DNA from: Octopus vulgaris
Lineage: Eukaryota
DNA: 64,000 bases
Assembly (NCBI GenBank): GCA_951406725.2
Contig: OX597819.1
Location: 8,308,001 to 8,372,000, forward strand
Direction of reading: 5' to 3'
The notes beneath the pieces were generated by a model. That model ran no database searches. It was not told the DNA's origin and was given only the letters and a program-made list of their open reading frames with translations. Made by a program: the position numbers and the translations under genes. How positions within the stretch are numbered: position 1 is the stretch's first letter; each line of letters begins with the position of its first letter. Positions 14,040 to 27,545 of the stretch are shown here, piece after piece.

Positions 14040-14560
14040 CCAATTGATTTTCAACAGCTTTCTCAGGAAGTTTAAGTGGAATGGTTTCGCTTTTGATGTG
14101 GTGTACGTAAACCGTCCAAGTCCCGCAGGCATACAGAAACGTAAGCAGTATGTTAGTACATCTTCAGCTTTGTGGCCAGCCTCCCCCCCCCAACAGTTTC
14201 ACGTAGCAGTCCGAATACTGAACTTCCCTTGGTGATGCGTTTGTCGACATCATCGTCAGTGTTCACAGATTTAAAGAATGTACTGCCAATGTATGTGAAC
14301 TTATGAACAACCTTCAGGGTTTCCTCTTTGACAGTGATAGTTGCTTCCAGAAACGGCTTCTGCGAGGCAGTTTGGTGCATGACCTCAGTTTCCTGAGTAC
14401 TGATTGGGAGGCCGTGGAAAAGCAGTTCATGCTCTGCTGCATCTGGGTATATGTGAAAGCGTTTAGTGCGTTGTCGTCTGCGAAGAGGTCAACGGACACT
14501 GAGTTCTCTTCCATCTTGGTCTTGGCTTGTAGTCATCACAAGAGTAAAACGTTGAACGAT
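14040..14560 (-). mobile_element. RTE-clade LINE RT fragment
   Basis: DLFADDNAL...MQQSMNCFSTAS, then LKVVHKFTYIGST...DDDVDKRITKGSSVFGLLR...LATKLKMY. Confidence 0.85.
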
Positions 14561-14599
14561 AGGAATGTCTAAGTTGAATGAATATGTGCTTCAACTGAA

Positions 14600-14974
14600 T
14601 CGTCGGTTACGACGACGAAGGTTCCAGTTGATTCGAATCAACGGAACAGCCTGCTCGTGAAATTAACGTGTAAGTGGCTGAGCACTCCACATACACGTGC
14701 ACCCTTAACGTAGTTCTCGGGGATATTCAGCGTGACACAGAGAGTGACAAGGCCGGCCCCTTGAAATACAGGTACAACAGAAACAGGAAGAGAGAGTGAG
14801 AGAAAGTTGTGGTGAAAGAGTACAGCAGGGATCACCACCATCCCCTGTCGGAGCCTCGTGGAGTTTAGGCTATTTTCGCTCAATAAACACTCACAACGCC
14901 CGGTCTGGGAATCGAAACCGCGATCCTATGACCGCGAGTCCGCTGCCCTAACCACTGGGCCATTGCGCCTCCAC
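14600..14974 (-). mobile_element. SINE family A, long-tail form
   Basis: Near-identical to 2380-2768. Confidence 0.9.
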
Positions 14975-15283
14975 AAATGCGTATAAATTCTACACGTAAA
15001 AGCATCAGAACACTTATCCAGCAGAAACACCAGGCGGATTTGAATTTACTGAGAATAATACTGTAATAAACAAATTTTGAAGAAGAATATTTCTCCAGTC
15101 TTCTTTATGATGTCTTCGTTATATACTCTGTATGCTGTATGAAACAAATAAAGTGATCTGAGGATTTACCGTGTAAGTATACGCATGCGCAAATATTTGG
15201 TTGTACATGTTAGCTGTGTTTATTAGATGCGTGTATATTAGTTGCATGAGTATGTGTGTGTGTGTGTATGTGTGTGTGTGTGT

Positions 15284-15322
<39 letters not shown>

Positions 15323-15476
15323 CACGAATACGCGTGCATTAATGCTTGCTGCATTGGTGTGTAAGCACATATGAGTTTACGATGCATGTATGGATGTGTG
15401 TGCGTATGGATCATTAATGAACGTACGTATTTGTATGTGAACGTCTGACTGTGCGTGTGTATGTACACACTCACAT

Positions 15477-15755
<279 letters not shown>

Positions 15756-15759
<4 letters not shown>

Positions 15760-15981
15760 GCTGGCAGAAACGTTAGCACGCCGGGCGAAATGCGAATCCG
15801 TATTTCGTCTGCCGTTACGTTCTGAGTTCAAATTCCGCCGAGGTTGACTTTGCCTTTCATCCTTTCAGGATCGATAAATTAAGTACCAGTTACGCACTGG
15901 GGTCGATGGAATCGACTTAATCGCTTTGTATGTCCTTGTTTGTCCCCTCTATGTTTAGCCCCTTGTGTTTAGTAAAGAAAT
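15756..15981 (+). mobile_element. SINE family C (GGCGGCGAGCTGGCAGAA head; Meta-like domain GCCTTTCATCCTTTCGGGGTCGATAAA)
   Basis: B-box-like GAGTTCAAATTCC. Copies at 21.1, 47.3, 51.0 and 60.5 kb. Confidence 0.88.
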
Positions 15982-16004
15982 ATATACATAAAGAGAGAGA
16001 GAGC

Positions 16005-16056
<52 letters not shown>

Positions 16057-16299
16057 TATGCTTTAGGTAATTATGTTTGTGAGCATGACAAATGTATGCT
16101 AGTGTGGGGGTTTGGCTTTGGCTGATGTTTGATGATGTGAAGAGGAGAAAAGAAGAGAGGAAAAACATACGTACATAGATGATCATGAAGGGTGTGTACG
16201 AACGTATGAGTGCGGCCCAGCGTTTATGGAGGTGAACGTAAGGGATTACAGAGGACGCATAAGATTGGGAAGTCGGCCTGTGATATGGCGATTGGACCA

Positions 16300-16700
16300 C
16301 TTCCAAGACATCTGAGGACGGGCAAGCACTACTCCTACAGAAATCCCAAGGAGGACACTATGTCCATCCACAGAAGCTCGAAGTATCTCCGTCTTTTAGT
16401 TAGAAACCTAGTTTAAAGAGTTAGCAGAAAAACATCCAAGCTTTCAGCCGACAGGCTGTTCATCACCGAAACCCATCACACGCGACAATGAGGCATTGGC
16501 AAGGAGCAGATCTTCAGAGAGTTAGCATTTATAAGTATACCTAACCCCCACCTCTGCACCCGAAGTGAACCAGATTGCGAAAGATAATCTGGTTCAAACC
16601 CATCCCATTTAACTTAGAGATTTCCACCAACGTAGCTAGGAGCTTCCTGTCGTTGATTAGGAAGCATTTCACGAGGGACCACAAGTACTATAAACTTTTC
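16300..16700 (+). mobile_element. Decayed Penelope-like RT/linker fragment
   Basis: LRTGKHYSYRNPKEDTMSIHRSS, DNEALARS, RKIIWFKPIPFNLEISTNVARSFLSLIRKHF.RDHKYYKLF. Homologous to the 5.0-5.4 kb PLE region. Confidence 0.75.
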
Positions 16701-16929
16701 AAACATTATTTACATTCGACGGATATTTGTCCTCATCTTGTTTGTTGGTTAACACAACGTTTCGGCTAATATACCCTCTTGGGGAAATTTCACATTTTTT
16801 TTTAATGTTATTATTATTATTGTTGTTGTTGTTGTTTTTCAGGTCACTGCTTGGAATCGAACTCACGCTCTACTACGCCATATGCCCGAGGGCAATTATG
16901 GAATGAATTTTAGAGCTTATAAATCTAAT

Positions 16930-17235
16930 GTGGAGGCGCAATGGCCTAGTGGTTAGGGCAGCGGACTCGCGGTCGCAGAATCGCGGTTTCGATTCCCAGA
17001 CCGGGCGTTTTGAGTGTTTATTGAGCGAAAACACCTAAAAAGCTCCACGAGGCTCCGGCAGGGGGTGGTGATCCCTGCTGTACTCTTTCACCACTCTTTC
17101 TCCCACTCTTTCTTCTGTTGGCCTGCTCGCTTAGCCAGCGGGGTGGCGTCATTCGAAGGCTAAAACAATGCGAACACATTGTGACCAGCGATGTCTAACA
17201 ACATCTGATGGTCTGGTCGTTCACGTGATCACGTG
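16930..17235 (+). mobile_element. SINE family A, alternative-tail form
   Basis: Same tRNA head and body as family A, different 3' part (GGCCTGCTCGCTTAGCCAGC...CACGTG). TSD ATAAATCTAAT at 16919-16929 and 17236-17246. Confidence 0.88.
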
Positions 17236-17371
17236 ATAAATCTAATATTTTCCTATCCTTCCTTAATACCAGTTCCAATATGCTATTCATATTTGCACTC
17301 GGTCTGCTTAGGAGGTTGTGTCTTAGCATATATACTGCTTCTTTTAGTTTTCGTATTTTCTAGTTGTGTTC

Positions 17372-17429
<58 letters not shown>

Positions 17430-17432
<3 letters not shown>

Positions 17433-17786
17433 GGATGAATGAATTATCCTTTGTTTACCGTTAACATGGAAAATTCAATAAACAGTTACCAGGGTAGCAA
17501 AATTCACGCAAATGACAAGGATGAAGCGACCTATTCAAAGGTAGAATCTCCTGGTTAATGTGCAGTAATTTGTATAGTATAAGTAAATAAATGGAGTTGA
17601 ACGCAGATGCTATTCAAATTATTTTACTTTCGACATATGTTTCGAAGACAACATTGGTTTTATTCCTGATGAGAAGATTGCATTTTACACCGCATATTCC
17701 TTTAGAATAAAACCAATGTTGTCTTCGAAACATATGTCGAAAGTAAAAGAGTTTGAATAGCATCTGCGTTCAACTCCAATTATTTA

Positions 17787-17789
<3 letters not shown>
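17430..17789 (+). mobile_element. (TA)n-embedded element with fold-back arms and canonical-core hammerhead (17663-17741)
   Basis: Arms ~17580-17665 / 17706-17789. TTC-CTGATGA-GAAGA...TCTTC-GAAA-CATAT-GTC-GAA. Confidence 0.7.
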
Positions 17790-17831
<42 letters not shown>

Positions 17832-17869
17832 GCGTGTGTGTGTGTGTGTGTGTGTGCGTGTGACCGCGT

Positions 17870-18082
17870 GTGTATCGTTGGCGTATTTTCCCTCCAATTT
17901 TTTTTCTGCTGCCTTCCCTTCTTGGATCTTTCCTTTTTCTATGTTTCTGACAAAGAGCTCCAATCGAAACGTTGAATCCTCCTTCTTTCTTTCCTTTCCT
18001 GAGCGTCCAATAACACTGTACTTGTTCCACGTCCTCGCGTTATTGTGTGTTTTCTCTTTATGTTTTCATGTTTGGATTAACT
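17870..18082 (+). mobile_element. (TA)n-associated short element with degenerate hammerhead (17941-17977); sister copy 44345-44533
   Basis: TGTTT-CTGACAA-AGAGCTCCAATC-GAAAC-GTT-GAAT. Shared flanks ...TTGTTCCACGTCCTCGCGTT...TTTGGATTAAC(TA)n. Confidence 0.6.
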
Positions 18083-18095
18083 ATATATACGTATA

Positions 18096-18301
18096 TAGAG
18101 ATGCAGCACGGACTTTGTCAGTGAACAGGTCGCGGATTTTAGCGACGAAAATATTTTGACAAATTAAACTTAAATTTTGAAGTGAATCGAACGGCTTTTG
18201 TGTGTTTCTTAAATGGCTTATAAACACCTTCCACGCTGCAATTGTTTTCGTTTCAGCACACGATCTCAGATCAAATTACTTGCTATGCGAGTACATCTCC
18301 G

Positions 18302-18303
<2 letters not shown>
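18096..18303 (+). mobile_element. (TA)n-embedded ~205-bp element with G3:C8 hammerhead (18114-18163)
   Basis: TTTGTCA-GTGAACA-G-GTCGC(GGATTTTA)GCGAC-GAAA-ATA-TTT-TGACAAA. Copies at 19803-19978 (-) and 52553-52695 (partial). Confidence 0.7.
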
Positions 18304-18360
<57 letters not shown>

Positions 18361-18538
18361 TGTATCTATGTATGTGTGTACGTGTATGTATATATATATA
18401 TATATGTATATGCATGCAAGTATGTACGCACGTATGTATGTATGTATGTATGTATGTGTGTGTGTATGTGTATGTGTGTGAGTGTGTGTGTGTGTGTGTG
18501 TGTGTACGTGTGTATATATATATAAGTATCTGTATATG

Positions 18539-18571
<33 letters not shown>

Positions 18572-18583
18572 GCATATATATAC

Positions 18584-18631
<48 letters not shown>

Positions 18632-19256
18632 TTATATTTGTCCCCTCCACTGCTTAAGAAATGGTGTTCATTCTTTCGTCCTTGGAACGTATCTGATCAG
18701 CAAAAAAGGTATTAGGGGCAATTTGTTCAACTAAAACCTTCAAGGTGGAGCCTCGCTATGGCTGTCGTTTACTGACTGAAACGATTAAAGGTAGAAGGTA
18801 GAATACCTGTATATCAGTGAGCTACATTAAGCGATATGTCTTTCCATTTATCTTATTGTAAAGGATCATTTCAGGGAGATTTTGCAACTATTTTTAGCAG
18901 CTCAGGTGATTCTCAATCTTTTTGACTTTGTGGCATACAAGAGATCAAACAAACAATTAACGGTGTACTTCATATGAAAAATCGGAAGATTAGTAGCAAA
19001 CTTCACACAGAAAGCTTATAAAGCAAACAGTGTTTTGAAGTTGAAAGTCTAAGCAAAAAATAGCGCTTACCTTGTTTCTTTACAACATGATAATTACAAA
19101 AAAATTAAATATTAAATTATTTTGTATTTAGAAATGTCTTTTATACCACGAAATATAGAGTAGATATTGATGAAATTCGATTTTAATTTTCATAGTTTCT
19201 ATAACACGCAATATGAGTTGCATATGTATGTATATATATGTGTGTGCGTGCGTAAC

Positions 19257-19305
<49 letters not shown>

Positions 19306-19324
19306 GCGTATATATATATATGTG

Positions 19325-19370
<46 letters not shown>

Positions 19371-19398
19371 AGTGAGTGTATATATATATACATATATA

Positions 19399-19450
<52 letters not shown>

Positions 19451-19452
19451 CA

Positions 19453-19490
<38 letters not shown>

Positions 19491-19746
19491 TAAAAACATT
19501 TCTTTGTGAAAATATCTTCTAAACCACTTATTACGTTAAAGGAGAAATAAAATGAAATTAAAACATCACAACAGTGAGGTAAGCATTTCATTCTTTAGCT
19601 AAAGTTCGTTTTCCTCCAGCCCCTTACTTTCCCACGTTCATTCGCTGTGGTTTCACAGTTTTGTGTTTTAAAACTTACTCATTAGCATCACAGTAAAAAG
19701 TAACGTCTGCTGAAACTTATACATGGATATGATATAATATGATATA

Positions 19747-19802
<56 letters not shown>

Positions 19803-19804
<2 letters not shown>

Positions 19805-19976
19805 CAATGACTTGATCTGAGATCGTGTGCTGAAACGAAAACAATTGCAGCGTGGAAGGTGTTTATAAGCCATTTAAGAAACACACAAAAGCCGTTCGAT
19901 TCACTCCAACATTTAAGTTTAATTTGTCAAAATATTTTCGTCGCTAAAATCCGCGACCTGTTCACTGACAAAGTCC

Positions 19977-19978
<2 letters not shown>
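19803..19978 (-). mobile_element. Second copy of the G3:C8 hammerhead element
   Basis: Reverse complement of 18108-18285. Ribozyme segment 19923-19972 is identical. Flanked by (TA)n. Confidence 0.75.
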
Positions 19979-20010
<32 letters not shown>

Positions 20011-20013
<3 letters not shown>

Positions 20014-20476
20014 AGTAGCTGTGTGGTAAGTAGCTTGTTTACGAACCACATGGTTCCGGGTTCAGTCCCGAGTAACATATTCCACTCACAAACAGAAGGC
20101 GCACTTGTCAATGCTTACGAAACGAACATCGAATCCTACAAGCATGCGTTCTCTGTCGGTTATACCCATGGAAAGACACATAACACCTACAGACTCATTC
20201 ATACAGATCCATTAAAACACAGAAACACAAACAGTTGTACAAGTGTGTAATTGTTTATGTCTTTGTGTGTCTGTGAGTGAGTATGCATATATGAGTGTAT
20301 AAACGTGCTTGAGTGCGCTTGTAATTATACTTTTCTGTAATCAATACTAATAAAAAACGCACACGTAAACATAAAATACAAACACTTGCAGACAAGCACA
20401 TGCATGTGTGTTTGTGCGTGTGTGTTTGTGTTTGTGTGCATGTGTGTGTGTGTGTGTGTGTGTATGTGTGTGTGCA

Positions 20477-20508
<32 letters not shown>

Positions 20509-20790
20509 TGTGTATGTGTGTGTGTGTTTGTGTGTACGAGTAAGTGAACAAACGAAATAAAAAAGCACTCAATACATTTAGCAGGAGTTACTTATATTAT
20601 TTATTATTGACAACCGATGCTGGTGTGTTTACGTCCCCGTCACTTAGCGGTTCGGCAAAGGAGACCGATAGAATAAGTACTGGGCTTACAAAGAATAAGT
20701 CCCGGGGTCGATTTGCTTGACTAAAGGCGGTGCTCCAGCATGGCCGCAATCAAATGACTGAAACAAGTAAAAGAGTAAAAGAGAAAAGAG
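20011..20790 (+). mobile_element. SINE family B pieces (5' head 20011-20070, 3' half 20607-20790)
   Basis: Homology to 5773-6172. The middle is replaced by unrelated and microsatellite sequence. Confidence 0.75.
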
Positions 20791-21088
20791 TTTGATTCGG
20801 ACCTAATCGCCTAAAAGTTCCGCACGCTTCTTACAGAAACTGAAGTCGTTCAGGTTCGGTTTACCGAATGAAAAGGCATGGGAAGTCCAAGATTGTCACT
20901 GGAAACTGGGCTGCTAATGGCCGAGACGCGTCACTTGGTGTTGTTAGAAGTGAGATCGGTATTCCCGTGACATCAGAAGCATTGAAAAGGGGAATTTCTC
21001 AAACTCTGTGGCTAGACAGAAAGCTGGTGATACCTTGACGTTTGTCCAGTGTTTGAAAGGGACTTGGAAGTCGAGAGAAATATGGCCG

Positions 21089-21380
21089 GGGGCGAGCTGG
21101 CAGAAACGTTTGCACGCCGGACGAAATGTGTAGCCATATTTCGTCTGCCGTTACTTTCTGAGTTCAAATTCCGCCGAGGCCGATTTTGCCTTTCATCCTT
21201 TCGGGGCCGATAAAATAAGTACCAGTTACGCATTGGACTCGATATAATCGACTTAATCCGTTTGTCTGTCCTTGTTTGTCCCCTCGGTGTTTAGCCCTTG
21301 TGGGTTGTAAAGAAATAGGTATTTCGTCTGCCGTTTCGTTCTTAGTCCAAATTCCGCCGACTTTGCCTTTCATCCTTTCT
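21089..21380 (+). mobile_element. SINE family C plus partial tandem re-copy (21319-21380)
   Basis: Homology to 60520-60750. GTATTTCGTCTGCCGTT...CTTTCATCCTTTC is repeated after the tail. Confidence 0.85.
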
Positions 21381-21410
21381 ACAGCTGCGCACACGCTCAT
21401 CCTGTACACA

Positions 21411-21746
<336 letters not shown>

Positions 21747-22076
21747 GTTAAACTTAAAAATGGTCTATGACTATTTAATTTTTTCCTACTAGGCCGCTGG
21801 TGGCAAAAGAATTCTACAAAATTTTTTTTTGCCACCCTATATTGATTAATAAATATATATATATATATATATATTGTATAGAGGGCATTATTACTTTGTC
21901 CCTCTTAGTGTGAGGCATTTATGTGTAATAATGCCCTCTATACAATATAGATATAATTAATTTGTTCAAAAGAAAAAAATTATTTTCGAATTCTTTTCTT
22001 TTATGAGGTTTTCACGCTAACTACCCGATAATTTCTTAAGATCCCTTATTAAGAGGTTATCCTTAATTGTTAAACT

Positions 22077-22135
<59 letters not shown>

Positions 22136-22140
22136 GTATA

Positions 22141-22174
<34 letters not shown>

Positions 22175-22311
22175 CATATACATATATAGAGAGTGAGAGA
22201 GAAAGAAAGAGAGATAGACAGACGGATAGATAGATAGATATATATATATATAATCACACACACATATATCGTATGTAAATGGCAATAGTTTTCTTCTCAC
22301 CGAACATATGG

Positions 22312-22343
<32 letters not shown>

Positions 22344-22368
22344 ATGTATGTATATATATGTATGTATG

Positions 22369-22428
<60 letters not shown>

Positions 22429-22743
22429 CACACACAAACGCACATATATACATATATGAGTATATATATATATATATATGTGCGTGTGTGTGTGTGTATA
22501 AACGACCAAATCTCAGTGCAACGCCTATTTAGACTCACCCAGCCAAGGAACGTTTGTCATACTCGCACGCATAAATACGAAAGATATGTCTCTATAAATA
22601 CACACACACCTACACACCTGATGAAAGCACACGCAGGTTATACGATATTCCAGACAAACACGCACACATTCATACTCTTTACTCTTTTACTCTCTATATA
22701 TATATATGTATATATGTATGTAATGTATGTATGTATGTATATA

Positions 22744-22807
<64 letters not shown>

Positions 22808-23279
22808 TGCATAAGTATACATACAAACATATATGAAATGTATATTTTTGTGAGCGTGTATGTAAGCATGTATCTGTTCAGAGAAACAGCAATACCCATC
22901 TATATTAAACTTCCAATGACTCATCTAGTCATATACACAGTCACATGCATTCGCGTATAATCACTTATGCGCAAGAAATATCATACGTTTATTATATGTA
23001 GCTTTATAAATTGCTGTTTGTATAAATTGCCATACTTATATTAATATGTATTCTTATACATACACACACACATAGGAACACGTACACACACACACACACA
23101 CACACACATATACGAGCATACACACACGCACAAATTTATATATGCTGCATGTGTGAACGTGTGTATATCTGTGTGCGTGTCTCTGCCTGTGTCTACGCGA
23201 GTGTTTGTATAAGTGCACTTCTTCACTTCCTTCTTCTCCTTCTCTTTCACCTCCACCTCTACCACCTTTTCCTCCTTTT

Positions 23280-23287
23280 CTTCTTCC

Positions 23288-23318
<31 letters not shown>

Positions 23319-23384
23319 CTTCTTCTTCTTCTTCTTCTTCTTCTTCTTCTCCTCCTCCTCCTCCTCCTCCTCCTCCTCCTCCTT

Positions 23385-23455
<71 letters not shown>

Positions 23456-23512
23456 CATTATTATTATCATCATCATCATTATTATTATTATTATTGTTGT
23501 TATTATTATTAT
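23280..23512. repeat. Compound trinucleotide microsatellite (CTT)(CCT)(TAT)(CAT)
   Basis: Directly visible. Confidence 0.95.
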
Positions 23513-24996
23513 TCTTTTCATTATACACACACACACGCACACACACACAGGCGCACACACTCACACACACACATATATATACACATGGGGTGTGTATACA
23601 TATATGCATAATCATAAATACAATACTTGTATGTACAAAGAATGTGTTTTGTGCACGAGTGTTTTGTATGTTTGTGTGTGCGCATGTGTGTGCGCATGTG
23701 TGTACGTATCGTTTTGGGCGCATTATGTTTATTTGAAAGCATGAGATAAAAAGAAGAAAAAAACAAGCTATAATAACTAACGGTCAGATCAAAAGCGAGA
23801 TTTTAAAGATGTTAAAAGAGTGATAGTCAATTATGAGAGACAAAAAGCTGACAGTAGGTCTCACATCTATTTCTCAATCGGAAGACAATCTAAGGAGACA
23901 CATCTGTCAAATTTCAGAATAGAGCAAACACTTTTTCAAACAAAATTGGCATCAATGATTTTTACCAGCTGCATAGATCTTATACCATATCTATCTTTGA
24001 TGGTGTGATATATATATATATATGCAACACGCACTTCCACGTAGACCTCCGTATATAGATGTAGGCAATATTCACTAAAGATTAACTCGAAGAAATCCCC
24101 TTCAGCTCAGGCAAATAAACATGGCTACTACCGTCTGTGGAGAACTGAAACAGTCTTACCCAGCACAGCAGCTCCTGTAAGGCCATCATCGAAACCTTAA
24201 ACGACATCCCAATGCATTCACAATCCGCAGCCCCCGCCCCTGTTACAAACTATTTTCCCCTTATTGAAAAAAAGGTGCCTGCCAAACTTTGGTGGCTCTC
24301 CCTTCTCCATTTTCAAATCTTGATAGTTATGCTAAAAGTACTTTCTCGAAAAATGCCACCCCTTTCACTGCTCGCATTTTATCGAATTTCATACGGCACA
24401 TTAAATGAAGATTTTTAAAGCTATCTGTTTCCTTTGTATCGGTGTCACTACCTCGCATACGTACATATTACGTGTGAAAGTACCTCTTGTAAACCGACTA
24501 AATTATCGGTTCTGGCAATTTTCCTTCCTCTACTCTAAAATAATGCCCTGTAGGGCTAGTCCATAACCTTATGATGTCCTCGTTTTATACTCAAACACAC
24601 ACGCATACACGCATAAACACAAACACGCACATTAAATCCATTCAAAACTTGTAAAATTTTCTATGCTGAGATTGAGATCCTCGGGACTTCATAGCAAATT
24701 TCTTCGCCACAGGTGCAATCCCATGGCCTATTTATGACCGAGGGGGGGTCTTTACCCTTACCCTAGGTCATGTCATGACTGAAACAAGGAAAAAACAAAT
24801 TCAGGTGCAGGCATATACTCACATACACTTATACTGACATATTTCTTCAAATATACAAATATACAAATATTTACATACAGGTATATGCACTCATGCCCAT
24901 GCACAAACACATACGAACTCAAACACTTTCACACACACAGACATTCATACCTACATACTCATACACACACGCACATATATACATATATGCATACAT

Positions 24997-25027
<31 letters not shown>

Positions 25028-25044
25028 CATATATACATACATAC

Positions 25045-25084
<40 letters not shown>

Positions 25085-25085
<1 letters not shown>

Positions 25086-25830
25086 AATGAGGATAAAATT
25101 TCTTTCGAAAAAAAATATTCTTTTCGAAAAAAATTTCATCAATGGCCAGCATATCAAAAAATATCTTTAAAGGTTAAATTTATAAACAATTCATAAATGA
25201 GGGCAAAGGAAAAAAATTTCCAATGCCAAATATGCCGAAAAATTGAACATATTGTCCATTAACCATATAATTTTTTCACAAAACGCACGCTACTCGAAGA
25301 AAGGCCGACAGAAATTTGTAAAAATTCCATTATTACCATATCGGACCGATTTCAGGGTTAGCTTATAACTGCCCTCCCTTCGTCAGTGATACATGTGGCA
25401 GAAGAAATAAATGAGATACTTACTCATACCCATGGAAGAAGCAAACACTAAGTCATGAGCACAATTAAGTACCCCAAATACATCCAAAATAGAAATACTC
25501 CAGCCCATTCAAGACACGTGCGATTTGAAATGAAGGCTCTCACAGAGTGAGATAGTCCGGAAGTGAACGCTTAAATTTATATCTAATGGGTATGAGTAAG
25601 TATCTCATTTATTTCTTCTGCCACATGTATCACTGACGAAGAGAGAGAGCTCTTAGTAGCTAACTCTGAAATCGGTCCGATATGGTAATAATGGAATTTT
25701 TTACAAATTTCTGTCGGCCTTTCTTCGAGTAGCGTGCGCTTTGTGAAGAAATTATATGGTTAATGGACAATATGTCCAATTTTTCGGCATATTTGGCATT
25801 GGAAATTTTTTCCTTTGCCCTCATTTGTGA

Positions 25831-25835
<5 letters not shown>
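25085..25835. mobile_element. (TA)n-embedded element with ~245-bp inverted arms, each carrying a hammerhead
   Basis: Arms ~25187-25432 / 25586-25835 with a ~155-bp spacer. Hammerheads at 25338-25392 (-) and 25627-25683 (+): CTGACGA-AGAG..CTCT-GAAA-TCG-GTC. Confidence 0.8.
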
Positions 25836-25908
<73 letters not shown>

Positions 25909-26230
25909 CTGAAAGAGAGCGCAACTAATTTCCTGTCTATCTATCCCTGATATATATTGCACACACATATTCTCACCACCTAATACACTCACGAATACGA
26001 ACAAATGCACATTCAAACCAAGATACATGCCCTCAAATACACATACGCATATATACGTATTCACATATTCACACACACACACACGCTCACACTCATATAT
26101 ACACAGACATGACAGAATTAAATAGACACGCAATAAAACATCGTTTTATCTTTATTCTAACTTGAAAAGGTTTATATTTTTTATTAATTGACATTTTTAT
26201 GTTTCAGGTTCTATATGTGACTGTTTCGTC

Positions 26231-27199
26231 ATACCACGCACAAAAGAAGCCTTGAAACTGTCCGAATTTCAAAGAGGTTGTATTGTGGGCCAATCCGAAG
26301 CTGGACTAAGTCACCGTAAAAGTGCAGACCTTGGGATCCCGTTTTCTACAGTTAAAAGAGTGATTGTGCAATTCACAAGAGAGGGGAAGGAATCCCTATC
26401 ACCTAACCCAGGTCAACTAGGACCCTCTGACAAGACCCTTCTCTTTGTTAAGAGAAGTGTTGTGGTTAATCCTAGTTGCAAGGTCTCTAACATAGCAGAA
26501 CAAATTTATTTCAGTCCCAGAACGGCTGTCAGGTGTCTCCACAAACATGGCTACTATGGCAGAGCAGCAAGAAGGAAGCCATTTCTACCAGCGGATATCA
26601 AGTAGAGAAAACATTGGGCCAGTGAGATGGTAGGGACGCCATAGTATTTTGGACACTGTCATATTCTCTGATGAGTCCAGAGAATATTTTCTGATAGTGG
26701 TCGAGTGTGGATCTGGTGGCTGTGAGATCAAAAATTTGACGTGAAAAGATTTCAGCTAACAATGAAACAAGGCAGTTATTTTGTAATTATCTGGGGAACA
26801 ATTTGGAGCAATAGTCGAGCAGAGCTGGTAGAGCGTGAGGAAAGTATGATCTCAGACAAATACGTGTCCATTTATCAGAAAGGACCCATTCAATCTTCTC
26901 CAGTGGAGAAATGATTAAAGAACACGGCTAAAAGACCTAAGATTAGTTGGAAGAGAATGGCATTTAAAAGCGTCCATGACCAAGCAAGTCACCAGATATG
27001 GACCCTATTGAACACCTCTGGGGCATAATGGGCAGGATACTTCGTAAAAAGAACAAGAAAGCATCTTCAAAGCCAAATCTTTTGAGATAACTGCATGAAA
27101 GCAAGAAATTCTTCAATATAGTATTCTTTGTCTGATCAGTAGCATGCCTAATAGGGTCCTTGCATTGAAAAATGCAAAGGGAATGTCTACTAAATGTTA
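26231..27199 (+). pseudogene. Tc1 DDE transposase pseudogene
   Basis: PRTKE..LSEFQRGCIVG (HTH), ARRKPFL, IFSDES, P.KSPDMDPIEHLWG, SSMPNRVLALKNAKGMSTKC. Multiple stops and frameshifts. Confidence 0.88.
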
Positions 27200-27202
27200 G
27201 AT

Positions 27203-27419
27203 ACTCTTTACTCTTTTACTCTTTTACTTGCTTCAGTCACTTGACTGCGGCCATGCTGGAGCACTGCCTTTAGTCGAGCAAATCGACCCCGGGACTTGTT
27301 CTTTGTAAGCCCAGTACTTATTCTATCGATCTCTTTTGCCGAACCGCTAAGTGACGGGGACGTAAACACACCAGCATCGGTTGTCAAGCAATGCTAGGGG
27401 GACAGACACAGACACACAA

Positions 27420-27486
<67 letters not shown>

Positions 27487-27545
27487 TACGACAGGCTTCT
27501 TTCAGTTTCCGTCTACCAAATCCACTCACAAGGCATTGGTCGGCC
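27203..27545 (-). mobile_element. 5'-truncated SINE family B nested inside the Tc1
   Basis: Reverse complement of 5878-6172 with an (AGTAAAAG)n tail. Confidence 0.88.

Noticed and set aside
16750-16780. Half hammerhead on minus strand (GCCGAAACGTTGTG)
   Set aside because: The CUGANGA half is absent in this copy, so it cannot be called from the sequence.
18108-19978. 1.9-kb MITE with 175-bp TIRs
   Set aside because: The inverted copies are better explained as independent insertions of a dispersed TA-embedded family (third copy at 52.6 kb). The interior is unrelated sequence.
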